From an uncultured Verrucomicrobiae bacterium (GTDB lineage Bacteria > Verrucomicrobiota > Verrucomicrobiia > Chthoniobacterales > UBA10450), in contig CAVWPA010000003.1 in the NCBI GenBank assembly GCA_963756875.1, forward strand, positions 1,312,001 through 1,376,000: DNA of 64,000 nucleotides, given 5' to 3'. How positions within the stretch are numbered: the first letter of the stretch is position 1; every line of letters starts with the position of its first letter. Below are positions 1 to 12,625 of the stretch, piece by piece. The notes below the pieces were generated by a model. That model was given only the letters and a program-made list of their open reading frames with translations, did no database searches and was not told the DNA's origin. Position numbers and translations under genes: made by a program.

Positions 1-837
1 CCCCATAAATAGCGCGCCGATCGCCAACATCGTCCAAGTGGATGGCTCTGGAACTACCGTGAATGCGATAGCGTCGGAGTTATTTGGTAACAGACCAATG
101 TTGGTGATAGAACCAGTCGTGGTGTTGATGCTTATCAAGCTCACGGTTCGGTCCGGCGTAGTCTGGCTGTTATTCGATCCAAACAGCACACCCGCGGCGT
201 CGATGGCGAACGCGTTTATTCGGAAACTCTGCGGAGCGTTCGTCAGGGTTGGGCCCGTGGTCAGTGCGCCGTTGGAGGGATCCAGCGTGTCAAGCGTGCC
301 CGAGGGGCCTGAGTTCGAGGAGTAGAGTGTCCCGGTGGGACTGAACGCCAAGGCATCGCCCTCGCCGCCGTTTCCAGAGGAGCCAACCGCCGTCAGGCCG
401 CCCGTCGAAAGATTAACCGTATACAAAGTTGATCCGCTATAGCCGAAGAGCGTCCCGTCCGATCGAAATGAAATGTCGCCCAGCCCCACGGATCCAAACG
501 GATCGATCAGGCTGCCGATCACCGAAGCCGCGCCCGTTGCCGGATTGATCGTTACCAAGGTGCGCGGGGAATTTGGCGATTCTAAACCGGTGACGCCATA
601 GAGCAGACCATTCAAAGGATCAAAGGCCAGGCCGGTGATGCCAAGCGGACTGGCGCCCGCGAGAATGGGACCGACCTGGGTAAATACCGCTGTCGTCGGA
701 TCGACGGTGTAGAGAACGCCGTTCACGCCCCGCGAACCCGTTGCCGCATACAAGAGTTCCTGCGCCTGGAGAGGCGTGGCCAAAGCCCAAACGACGCCGA
801 TCCCGACCAGCAGAAATCTGAACGCGCATTTCGGCAT
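1..837 (-). CDS. PEP-CTERM sorting domain protein, secreted beta-repeat type (3' end runs off the window)
   Basis: Hand translation from ATG 837 is open to base 1: MPKCAFRFLLVGIGVVWALATPLQAQELLYAATG...FTVVPEPSTWTMLAIGALFMG. It has a signal peptide and a VPEP motif followed by a hydrophobic helix. Absent from the ORF track because no stop lies inside the window. Confidence 0.9.
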   Translation of the reverse strand, partial: MPKCAFRFLLVGIGVVWALATPLQAQELLYAATGSRGVNGVLYTVDPTTAVFTQVGPILAGASPLGITGLAFDPLNGLLYGVTGLESPNSPRTLVTINPATGAASVIGSLIDPFGSVGLGDISFRSDGTLFGYSGSTLYTVNLSTGGLTAVGSSGNGGEGDALAFSPTGTLYSSNSGPSGTLDTLDPSNGALTTGPTLTNAPQSFRINAFAIDAAGVLFGSNNSQTTPDRTVSLISINTTTGSITNIGLLPNNSDAIAFTVVPEPSTWTMLAIGALFMG

Positions 838-1039
838 CTCGCCATCATGCGATTTTTAACCACGCACAGTCAACAGCCGAAACAGCTTTCCGTGTTTCAG
901 TTTTTAGCTTTTCCAACGCCTCAACGCCTCTCTCTGCTCTTGGCTCTTCGCCCTTCGCCCCCCCGCATATTCTCTGGTGTCGCGGCGAATTGTGGGGCGT
1001 CTGTGTCAGACGCCAAGCGCCTTTCCGGCCCTGCGCTCG

Positions 1040-1315
1040 TTAAAGCGCGAAACTCGGTTCCCCGAAACCTGTGGAATCGAGTTGTTGGCGTGCACGAATT
1101 CGACCGAAGCCTGACGGAGCGATGTCAGCCGTTCTTTCTGGACGACTATCTACGGGCAAACCCGGAACACCACCATGCAAGTCCGGGCAGTTGGAGAAGG
1201 ATTTAGGATTGAAAGTGAGTTCCGCCAGACATGCTGCACGGCTGGTAATGTTCGAGGTCATGAGGTCCTTTTTCGTTGGTTCAAATGGGTCCAGGCCCGG
1301 AATGGAACTATTCAA
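1040..1315 (-). CDS. hypothetical protein
   Basis: 91-aa ORF co-oriented with its neighbours; no recognised motif. Confidence 0.3.
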   Translation of the reverse strand: MNSSIPGLDPFEPTKKDLMTSNITSRAACLAELTFNPKSFSNCPDLHGGVPGLPVDSRPERTADIAPSGFGRIRARQQLDSTGFGEPSFAL

Positions 1316-1391
1316 GATCGACGGACACCCTTGCCAGGCCGAGGCGCTGTTGCGCGGGGAGCAGGCAAGCGTGCCGTTGATACGTTACTGA

Positions 1392-1625
1392 TTAACTTTT
1401 CCCGGCCAGGACTCCCTCGACCTTGCTCTTCACGAAACCGCCCGCTTGCTGGGTAATCCCGCTCGTGTTTCCGGTTCCACCGGTAAGGAATGGTTCCAGT
1501 TGGCTGGCGATCGGCGCCGGCAATTTCGTTTTCAGGAAATCAAACACCACGAGCACCGCCTTCTGGGCGTTCTCCTGGGTGATCCCTGTTTTCTTTACAA
1601 TCAGGTTTATTACTTGTTCGTTCAT
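1392..1625 (-). CDS. small conserved hypothetical protein (DUF2267-like)
   Basis: MNEQVINLIVKKTGITQENAQKAVLVVFDFLKTKLPAPIASQLE resembles a common small helical family. Confidence 0.7.
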   Translation of the reverse strand: MNEQVINLIVKKTGITQENAQKAVLVVFDFLKTKLPAPIASQLEPFLTGGTGNTSGITQQAGGFVKSKVEGVLAGKS

Positions 1626-1724
1626 GCAGGACTCTCGGCCCGCGCATGATGAACTGCGCGCTGGATATTGCCAAAAGCAGCCCGCTTATTGCAGTCCGGG
1701 CCCGGACCTCTGACCTGTGCCCGC

Positions 1725-1871
1725 TCAGAGCCCTCGCCTGCCTTGGATCAGGTTAATGATGATGACGATGACGGCAATCACCAGGAGGAGATGGATTAGA
1801 CCGCCGCCGATGTGGGTGAGGAAGCCGAGAAGCCAGAGTACGACCAGGATAACAACTATAGTCCAGAGCAT
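1725..1871 (-). CDS. lmo0937-family (DUF5670) small membrane protein
   Basis: Hand translation MLWTIVVILVVLWLLGFLTHIGGGLIHLLLVIAVIVIIINLIQGRRGL, with the GGLIHLLLV signature. Confidence 0.9.
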   Translation of the reverse strand: MLWTIVVILVVLWLLGFLTHIGGGLIHLLLVIAVIVIIINLIQGRRGL

Positions 1872-2420
1872 GATTTTCCTTTCGATTTATTGAATTGGCC
1901 GCTATTGCGACACACCGTGGAGATTCGATCAAGCAAAAACCGATCAAGCAAAAGCTTTGACTGCCGCCAGCTAAAACGTCCAAAGCCCGCCTGCCGTGTG
2001 TGGGTCGCTCCGCGTCGTCCTGGGCCGGCTCCGCGCTTCCTCAGCTCTTACCGCTCCGCCCTTACCCCTTTGCTTCCCGCCGCCCGCGCCTCAGTTCCGC
2101 AATTCTGACTGGCATCCTCCCTGGCTCACCGTAGCTAACGGAGGCAGCTGCCCTGCGCTATGCGCTTGAACGTTTCTAGCGACGGCGGTTCGTCCATAGG
2201 CTGAGTTCGAGTTGACGATGAAATTCCCTGGAGCGCCGTGCCCAGAGCCAGCGAAACAGACGATAAACGTTCATGTGAACATATAAGCCTGTACAGCCAC
2301 GCTCGGCAACCCAAAATTTCAGCCGCCGGCTATTTTGCAACCGGTGGCGCCTTAAAAAGATCGCCTGCGCGCTTCATTCTTACTTCTTAAGTCTTACTTC
2401 GTTAGTACAGTTCCGGATTC

Positions 2421-3143
2421 ATGAGCGCCGATTTCGCCGAACTTGATTACCGCCAGACCCCGCTGGGCGAGCTCATCCTGCGTCGCCGCCGACTTCTCTC
2501 GCTTGATCGCCTTGAGATCTTCGAAGTCAAACTGGGCGACTACTTTCTCATGTCGAGCCTCTTCCACGACGTGGAAGTCGCGCTGGCCGATCTCGGGCTC
2601 GCCGCGCTGAACGCGCCGGAGCTCGATGTCGTAGTCGGCGGGCTCGGGCTCGGCTACACCGCCCTCGCGGCCCTGAAGAATCCGGCTGTGCGCTCTCTTA
2701 TTATAGTGGAAGCGCTCGCCCCGGTCATTGAGTGGCACGAGCGTGGATTGGTTCCGCTCGGTCCGCTGCTCACGTCCGATCCGCGCTGTCGCTTCGTGCA
2801 GGCCGATTTTTTTGCGCTAGCCGCCGTACCGGAACAGGGGTTCGATCCGGAAAGTCCCGGCCGCAAATTCCACGCTGTCCTGCTCGATATCGACCATTCG
2901 CCGCGCCATCTCTTGTATGAACAGAATGCTGCCTTTTACGAAGTGGACGGCCTGCGCCGTCTCGCCGCCCAGCTTCATCCCGGCGGCGTTTTCACCCTGT
3001 GGTCGGACGACCCGCCCGACCACGATTTTCTGGTTAATCTTCGCCAAAGCTTTACTGAGGCCGACGTGCGCACCGTTTCTTTTTTCAATCCGCTCCTGGA
3101 AGAAAATTCCTCCAGCACGGTTTACATTGCGCGCCGCGCCTGA
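2421..3143 (+). CDS. spermidine synthase-like SAM-dependent transferase
   Basis: VVVGGLGLGYTA SAM-binding motif and LLDIDHSP. Confidence 0.85.
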   Translation: MSADFAELDYRQTPLGELILRRRRLLSLDRLEIFEVKLGDYFLMSSLFHDVEVALADLGLAALNAPELDVVVGGLGLGYTALAALKNPAVRSLIIVEALAPVIEWHERGLVPLGPLLTSDPRCRFVQADFFALAAVPEQGFDPESPGRKFHAVLLDIDHSPRHLLYEQNAAFYEVDGLRRLAAQLHPGGVFTLWSDDPPDHDFLVNLRQSFTEADVRTVSFFNPLLEENSSSTVYIARRA

Positions 3144-3303
3144 GCCCGTTAGGCGTGCCCCTCGTCGCTCCGGAGAGGCGAAACTCGCGTTCGCTGAGAT
3201 CGCCATATGAAAACGCATTCCGGTTCCACGGAGATTCGTCCCGGCACAAGATCGACAAGGTGTAGAGGTGGCCGTGTCGGCCGCAACGCGCGACGCGAGC
3301 GCA

Positions 3304-3711
3304 TCACCGTTTCAGCTTCGCTCGGAGCTGTCGTTCAATGTCGTCGTCGTCGTAGGTTCGCCGCACCGGAACGCGCAAAATCGGTAAGCTGGCGATCTCA
3401 AGTATTCGATCAACGTCGCGGTCTCGTGCTTGGCGATCTGGGCGTTGATGCGAGGAATCGTCAAGCTCGACAGCGATGATCGGGCAGAGTGCTGCGTCGC
3501 AGACCACAAAATCGACATGTTTTGAGCAGATCCGCCTGAAGTTTGCTTGCCGCAGGCGATGTCGTTCGTCGGCCTCGACTAAATCAGCCAGCCTCACTTT
3601 TGCGTGGACAGTGTGTGGGACTACAATGCGGCGAAGAACTCCGTAGAAGTATCTTTCGGCCCGCGATAAAAGGAATTTCCGGCGAAAAAATGGCTTCAGT
3701 GCAACGTCCAT
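3304..3711 (-). CDS. DUF2726 domain protein
   Basis: LLSRAE...AKVRLADLV...KHVDFVVCD...AVELDDSSH...RD pattern. Start trimmed to Met at 3711 to avoid overlap with the divergent gene. Confidence 0.85.
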   Translation of the reverse strand: MDVALKPFFRRKFLLSRAERYFYGVLRRIVVPHTVHAKVRLADLVEADERHRLRQANFRRICSKHVDFVVCDAALCPIIAVELDDSSHQRPDRQARDRDVDRILEIASLPILRVPVRRTYDDDDIERQLRAKLKR

Positions 3712-3815
3712 CCATGAAATTTCAGCAGTTGATATGCCGACCACAGCAATTGCGTGCCCGAACAGTGGGGACGAAACTTGCTCTTTAAAGCCTTTTCGAA
3801 GAAAGTCCTGAAACG

Positions 3816-4520
3816 ATGACGAACACAGAGACCCAAGACGTGAGAGAACTGCCTGCGTACGGAGTTGCGGAGGCAGCGCACTACCTTCTGGTCCCCCGCG
3901 CGACTTTGCGTTCGTGGCTCGCGGGAATGTCATACGGTACAGGCTCCGGACGAAAACTATTCAAACCCGTGATTCAGCCGGCTGCCAGGTCCCCGGTCGC
4001 ACTTTCGTTTGTTAATTTGATTGAGGCCCATGTCCTGGCCGCCATCCGGCGAAAATATCGAGTCGACATGCCGGCCGTTCGTAGATCCATCGACTTTTTG
4101 AAAAATAAGCTTGGCTCGGCGCATCCTCTCTCTGATCACAAATTCGAAACCAACGGTGTTGACCTGTTCATAGAACGTTACGGGCAGCTCATGTCTGTAT
4201 CGCAAGGTGGGCAGCTTGCAGTGAGAGAATTGCTGAAAGCACATCTGCGCAGAATCGAACGCGATGAGAAAGGATTTCCACTGCGGCTTTATCCATTTAC
4301 GCGCGTGGGTGACACCGATCAGCCGAGGAACATCGTCATCGATCCGTTTGTGTCATTTGGTCGTGCCGTCATTTCTGGAACGGGAGTGAGCACCGAGTTG
4401 GTTGCCGAACGCTTCAAGGCCGGCGAATCCGCGGACGAACTCGCCAGCGATTACGGCTGCGAACGGGAAAAGATTGAAGAAGCGATCCGTTGCGAACTCA
4501 GCCTCGCCGAAGCCGCCTGA
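3816..4520 (+). CDS. DUF433-containing antitoxin (VapB45-like)
   Basis: N-terminal HTH (YGVAEAAHYL..PRATLRSW) and C-terminal DUF433 (IVIDPFVSFGRAVISGTGV...ERFKAGESADELASDYG). Confidence 0.9.
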   Translation: MTNTETQDVRELPAYGVAEAAHYLLVPRATLRSWLAGMSYGTGSGRKLFKPVIQPAARSPVALSFVNLIEAHVLAAIRRKYRVDMPAVRRSIDFLKNKLGSAHPLSDHKFETNGVDLFIERYGQLMSVSQGGQLAVRELLKAHLRRIERDEKGFPLRLYPFTRVGDTDQPRNIVIDPFVSFGRAVISGTGVSTELVAERFKAGESADELASDYGCEREKIEEAIRCELSLAEAA

Positions 4521-4908
4521 AGAACTCACTTTCTTTCTCGATCGCCAACTTGGCCGTTACAAGATGGCTGGGGCGCTTCGGAATGCCGGTCTCAAGGTCG
4601 AGATACACGACGATCATTTTCCGCAGAACGCTCAAGACCCGGAGTGGTTGGCAGCGGCTGGGAAGAACAACTGGGTTGTAGTCACGAGGGATGAACGCAT
4701 TCGCTACCGTGTCGCCGAGAAACAAGCGATCCGCCGCGCCAAAGTCCGGGCATTCGTGATCGCTGCTCAAGGCGATTTGCGAGCAGAAATACTGGCAGAC
4801 ATTTTTCTCAAAGCGCTTCCCAAAATTCGGCGAACCGTGAAACAGCGGAAGCCGCCCTTCATCGCAAAGATTTCACGCGGCGGCGACGTCGTTGTCCTTG
4901 AATTCTAA
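4474..4908 (+). CDS. PIN-like toxin (VapC45-like)
   Basis: TFFLDRQLG...HDDHFPQNAQDPEWL...VVTRDERIRYR; overlaps the DUF433 gene. The TTG start at 4474 is uncertain. Confidence 0.85.
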   Translation: MKKRSVANSASPKPPEELTFFLDRQLGRYKMAGALRNAGLKVEIHDDHFPQNAQDPEWLAAAGKNNWVVVTRDERIRYRVAEKQAIRRAKVRAFVIAAQGDLRAEILADIFLKALPKIRRTVKQRKPPFIAKISRGGDVVVLEF

Positions 4909-4947
4909 TCTCTGACTTGTGACCGTCGACCTGCGGGCTTTCAGCCA

Positions 4948-5242
4948 GTGTCGATAGTTAGCTCAGACCCCTTTTTGCCTGACCCGTTGTGCGACGTCTT
5001 CGCCGGCTCCGCGCCCTTAGCCCTTACCGCTTCGCCCTTACCCCCTTGCTTCCCGCAGCGCGCGAATACGAAGCCAAACTCAAAATGCGGAAAAAGAACA
5101 AAATGGAGCGAAAGGGTTGAGCGACATAGAAGGTAAAGCCGTAAGGGTAGCGGCGAGAGAGCGTAGGAAGCGACCGAGTTTCAAAGCCCGCGCGTCAGTG
5201 CCGCAGTTCTGACGCAGCAGTGTCGATAGTTAGCTCTGACCG
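4948..5242. repeat. direct repeat GTGTCGATAGTTAGCTC(A/T)GACC bracketing repeat modules
   Basis: Copies at 4948-4969 and 5220-5241 with one mismatch. Confidence 0.8.
5105..5187 (+). repeat. 83-bp dispersed element, copy 1
   Basis: Ungapped hand alignment to 51711-51793 gives 65/83 identities. Confidence 0.8.
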
Positions 5243-5263
5243 TTAGCTAGTTTCCGTGGTAAT

Positions 5264-5896
5264 TCAGTGGGGCGTCTTGGGCGGCAGGCCTTTAAAGAAG
5301 ACGACCGGCTTGAGCGCGTTGAGCTTTGCCGTCACACTCCTGCGACCAAGTTGATATTCAATTACGGGAGTCATATCAAAGACTCCTTCGGACTTTCCGC
5401 GGACGACAATTTCAATCGATTCCTGATCGTTTGCTTTAACGACGTTAAAGTTAGCGTTCGGGTCCGTCACGTGTGCATCAAAATCTCCCGTGCGACCTTC
5501 GACAGCGCATTCGTATTGCCTATATTGGCTTCCCGCGACCATCTCTCCGTTACCGACATATATTTTCCCCTGTCGGTAACTTGAGACTTGGATGCGGATG
5601 CTAGTCAGAGTAACGGTGAACGGGTTCCGGTTTGTTACCTGGAAACGAACAATCGGCGCCTGTGTCTCGCGACCTGTTCGGAAAATCGGGTTATCGATCG
5701 TAGGAAAACCATAAAGACCCTTCAGCTGTTCCCCGTTGCGGAGGTCGACCCCGTTAATGTCGTAACCGCGTTGCGGCGCTGCTACAGCTTCGCCGAATTC
5801 GAGAGGCTTAGAACGTTCTTTTAGCCAGTAAAGCAGAAGAGATACTGAAGCGCCCGCGACGATCGCAATTATCGCTACCCAAACGGCAGGAGTCAT
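5264..5896 (-). CDS. hypothetical protein with an N-terminal membrane anchor
   Basis: MTPAVWVAIIAIVAGASVSLLLYWLK followed by a beta-rich soluble domain; starts 5 bp after the hsdR stop. Confidence 0.7.
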   Translation of the reverse strand: MTPAVWVAIIAIVAGASVSLLLYWLKERSKPLEFGEAVAAPQRGYDINGVDLRNGEQLKGLYGFPTIDNPIFRTGRETQAPIVRFQVTNRNPFTVTLTSIRIQVSSYRQGKIYVGNGEMVAGSQYRQYECAVEGRTGDFDAHVTDPNANFNVVKANDQESIEIVVRGKSEGVFDMTPVIEYQLGRRSVTAKLNALKPVVFFKGLPPKTPH

Positions 5897-5901
5897 GGTC
5901 T

Positions 5902-9072
<3,171 letters not shown>

Positions 9073-9075
9073 GGA

Positions 9076-10189
9076 CTAGACTGGTTCTGAAAAGAGACTC
9101 GCTGAATCGCAGACGCATCCAACCGAGCATCACGAGGTGATGAATGGCGCTGGCGACCTCCAGCTGTTTCTCGTCCGTCCGCCACGCCTTTTTCCAGTCC
9201 AGAATGAAATCGTAGAGCTGCTGTTCGGCGACTTCCTCTCCTGGTCTTGCGCGCTTGAGCTCCCGGCTCGCGAAGAGAACTGTCAGGACTTCCTCGGCTT
9301 GATCCGTATTCTTGATTCGGCTGAAAAGGTCGACCGTTTTCGCGATCCGTTTCGCGTGCCGTTCGATCACCTCGGTGTATTTGAGCCGATCCTCTTCGTA
9401 TTGCGGGGCTGCGCGCAACGCGGTCATTTTGCCCAGCTGCTCTTCGCGCACCCAGTTCCGGTTCGCCAATTCATGAAGGGCGATTTTTACCTCATCCGCG
9501 AATGGTCCGTAGCTTCCTTTTTCAAAACGGAAACCGGTTTGAACTCCCGTCTCCGTGAGGACGTAGGCAATTTTTTGTAAAATGGTTCGCCCCACCGGAT
9601 TCGTGTACGGCTGCTGACCCAGTTCACGCACCACCTCCACCAGCGCCACCCATTCAGGATTAAGCTTCTCTGGCGACGGCCTTTGCCGCTCAGGCTCATC
9701 TGCGAATTCGCGCCGAGGAAGTCCAGAGTGAGTTCATTTTTTGGCGTGCCGTAGGGGGCATAAACCTCCACATCGAAGTCGGCGTCGCGCAGCTTCGAAT
9801 AAATAAGCGGCCCAACCTCCGACCAATCCAGTCCGCCGTTTCCGCAGCCGAGAGGTGGAAAGGCCACGCTTTGGACGCCCCACTCCTCAGCGTGCGCGAC
9901 GAAGTAATCCAGGCCCCGGTTCATATCCGCGAGCCGCGATGCGGATCGCCAGTGATCTTTGGTCGGAAAGTTCACGATCATCGCACCGCCTGGATCGCGG
10001 TAAAGATACGGTTCACCCAACCGCACTTGTTTGCGCATGCACCGCGCGGCGTAATCTTCGAACATCGTCGGGTAGGCCTTCTTAAACTCCAGCGCGACGC
10101 CTTTCCCCATCACGCCAACGCAGTTCACGGTATTGATCAGCGTTTGAGCTGGGCTGTCGGAAAATGTCTCCGATCAGAGGTTTGAACAT
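9076..10189 (-). CDS. darG: DarG antitoxin (macrodomain DNA ADP-ribosyl glycohydrolase), frameshifted
   Basis: GDIF..AQTLINTVNCVGVMGKGVALEFK, IVNFPTKDHWR, SVAFPPLGCGNGGLDW, and C-terminal LQKIAY...GSYGPF. Confidence 0.92.
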
Positions 10190-10201
10190 GCGAATGCGGG
10201 A

Positions 10202-10788
10202 TTAGTGAAAGAATAAGGCCGAATCGACCACAATGGATAGTCCAAAGCCGAGTGCTCGGAGACGTTCCTCCGAGGTTTTGTCTACGCGGTACGCCCCCAG
10301 AAGGTATTCGGGTCCCACCCGATGCGGCACGAGCACTTCGGCGCATTTATGCGCGCTGTGCCTCCATTCCGCGATTTGGTCGTCAGGATGCTTCCAATTC
10401 AAGGCAAAGATATCCTCAAACGCGAGCACCCGCCACTGCGATGGAGCGAGGAACCGAACATACTTGCTTGAAGCATTGGAGTCGGCCAGGACGACGCCAT
10501 CTAAATTGAGCACATCAATCGAGACACGCAGAACACAAAGTTCCGTGGCTTCTTTTCTTCGCTTGGAGAGCATCGGATTTCGCGCGTGAAAATAGAGATT
10601 CGCATATTGATGCAGTTTTAGGCCGCTCGGCACCTGCTTCGATCCCGCAAATCTTGGACTGCCTGTAACGCCACCGAGCGGTGCTCCAGGCGGGCCGCCT
10701 GTTCGTGGGAGAGAATGCCGTGCTTCAAGACCGATGAGACGTTCTCAAGCGGCATGATGCACTGAAATTCGGTTACGCGCGGGTCCAT
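10202..10788 (-). CDS. darT: DarT ssDNA ADP-ribosyltransferase toxin (DUF4433), frameshifted near 10640
   Basis: ENVSSVLKHGILS, LHQYANLYFHARNPML, ADSNAS, catalytic KCAEVLVP; directly upstream of darG. Confidence 0.92.
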
Positions 10789-10854
10789 CGGTAGGTCGTA
10801 GCTTAGCGAGAGAACTCTATTCCCGAGGAGTCAATCTTCTGCTTCGCATCCATG

Positions 10855-11633
10855 TCATGGATGCTTCTCTTCAGACCAAGCTTCTGACGACATTTTCGGC
10901 AAAAGAGTGGCGCATCGAGCCGGGAGAAATTCCTTTCAACTCGAAGGTTTCACCCGTGATTTCGTGCGTCATGCGCGAAGCAAAACCAGCAATGAAATTC
11001 AGGATTGATCGAAATTCTTGCTCGGTTACTTCCCGAGCAAGCACGCCGAAAAGCTCCACCGAGTCCGTCCTTTGGCTCTGCTCCGGGAAGCGTGTGAAGT
11101 CGTTTCGCCAAGTTCACCGACTCACCCAAGAGAGTCCACTCACTATAGCCTTTCCTTCAATGCGATCCACGAACTGTAGGCCGGACCAGAGGCCGATTCG
11201 GAACGGATAGTTTGGTCCCAAGGGTGCGCTGGAGATCGTGCAGACTCCCGAGCAAGAAGCTCATGTCAAAGATTCCGGGAACTCCGCCGTCTGCCTCCAT
11301 GTCCGGTACAACAAACATAACTTCGTCTCCGATGGTCTTATCAACGAGTGCGCCGGCGTCGACAGCCTTATCCGTGATGCCGACAAGGAATGGCTTCAGG
11401 TATTCGCTAATTTCCGATGGCGATGAACCTGCAACGCGCGTCGAGAAACCGATCAAGTCTACGAAACCGACGAAGCCCTTAATTTCCCGCTGGCCGAAGT
11501 AAGCATTGGCAAACGCCGCGCCGCTGTCGGTAAGTTCGAGAGCGCGAGTGGAGTAAGCCCGAGGGTGGCGGCCGAGTCGATGTAGACCGGCTCGATGTTC
11601 AAGCCATTCATCCGTCTTTCGTCCAGCAATCAT
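10855..11633 (-). CDS. stand-alone class III adenylate/guanylate cyclase-family protein (frameshifted)
   Basis: Rebuilt across frames: GFVDLIGFST, LVDKTIGDEVMF, FRIGL, EWTLLGESVNLAKRL, ELKG. All canonical class III cyclase motifs are present. The stop is either 10855 or 10871. Confidence 0.85.
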
Positions 11634-11723
11634 GCGGTCACCTGAATCATGTGCGTTCGAAACTCCACGAACCAGCTTGACGCTTCTTCAATTCTTGCAT
11701 CGTCCAACAAGGTCATGCTCAAG

Positions 11724-12623
11724 TTACCAACCGGCTTTCTTAGCTTCCGCGATCAGCGCCGCTGCACTGTAATTCATTTGGTTTTCGAAATCATTCCGTA
11801 ACCATCGGAAAATGCGGTCAAACACGAGCGGGCTCTTGCGGCGATTGTCGAAGACTTCGTCCTGAAGAAGCCGCGAGGTTGCCGTGACGTCGGCCTCCAC
11901 CTTCCCAACTAGTGCATCAGTCCACAGTTGCTGCGCATGATCTTTCAAAGCATCAAGGCGCTTTGCCGCCTCCAGTTGCTCGGTCAATTGCCTAACACCG
12001 AGGATCAGCAGCGGCGCCAAGGGGGCCACCACGCTGACAACAAATGTTCCAGGCTGAGTTGCCTTTGCAGCGCGACGCACAAAACAAGTCCGCAGATGAA
12101 AAGCACAAGCGATATGATGATAACGGCGTACCGGCGTCTCTGTTTTGCGTCCCACCAGCAATTCGAGCGTTGACACACGATGCGCCCGAGATGGAGCGGC
12201 AGCTGTGAGACCGAAGGGGCATACCAGTCGCGGAGAGTTGGCATCTCAGCCCGGAAGGGCGTATCGCCCTGATTTGTTCCTTTATCAGTTCCGGGTCCGG
12301 TCTGTGGCCAGCCTTGACTGAATTCCATGGGAGCTGAAGCACGTCACAGTCGAACTCCTCTTGGACTCGCGCCGCTCGTTCCCTGAGCAACTTCTGCCAT
12401 GGGGTCAGCCAGAGCACGTCGCACAGTGCGACGCCGATTCCGAAAAGAGCGGAGTAACCTTTTAGGTTTGGCCAGATCAAGCCAATCACGGCGGAAACGA
12501 CAGCGCCAGGGCCGCTCAGTATGATCAAGGGGTACTAAAGACACGCTTCGCTGGACCGGACAGCTGCCGTTGAGCGGCCAGTCGCTCGAGCTGTAGTGGC
12601 GAATTCTGTTCCGCAGCGATCAT
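11724..12623 (-). CDS. SMODS-associating 4TM (S_4TM) CBASS membrane effector, frameshifted
   Basis: MIAAEQNS..QLERLAAQRQL, AARVQEEFDCDVLQLPWN, LRDWY, CQRSNCWWD, SRLLQDEVFDNRR..PLVFD; four hydrophobic segments; starts 2 bp after the nucleotidyltransferase stop. Confidence 0.88.
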
Positions 12624-12625
12624 AC

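Noticed and set aside
10855..11633. Calling the cyclase a canonical Pycsar system
   Set aside because: No PycTM or PycTIR partner is adjacent and the specificity residues look ATP-type; kept as an unassigned cyclase.
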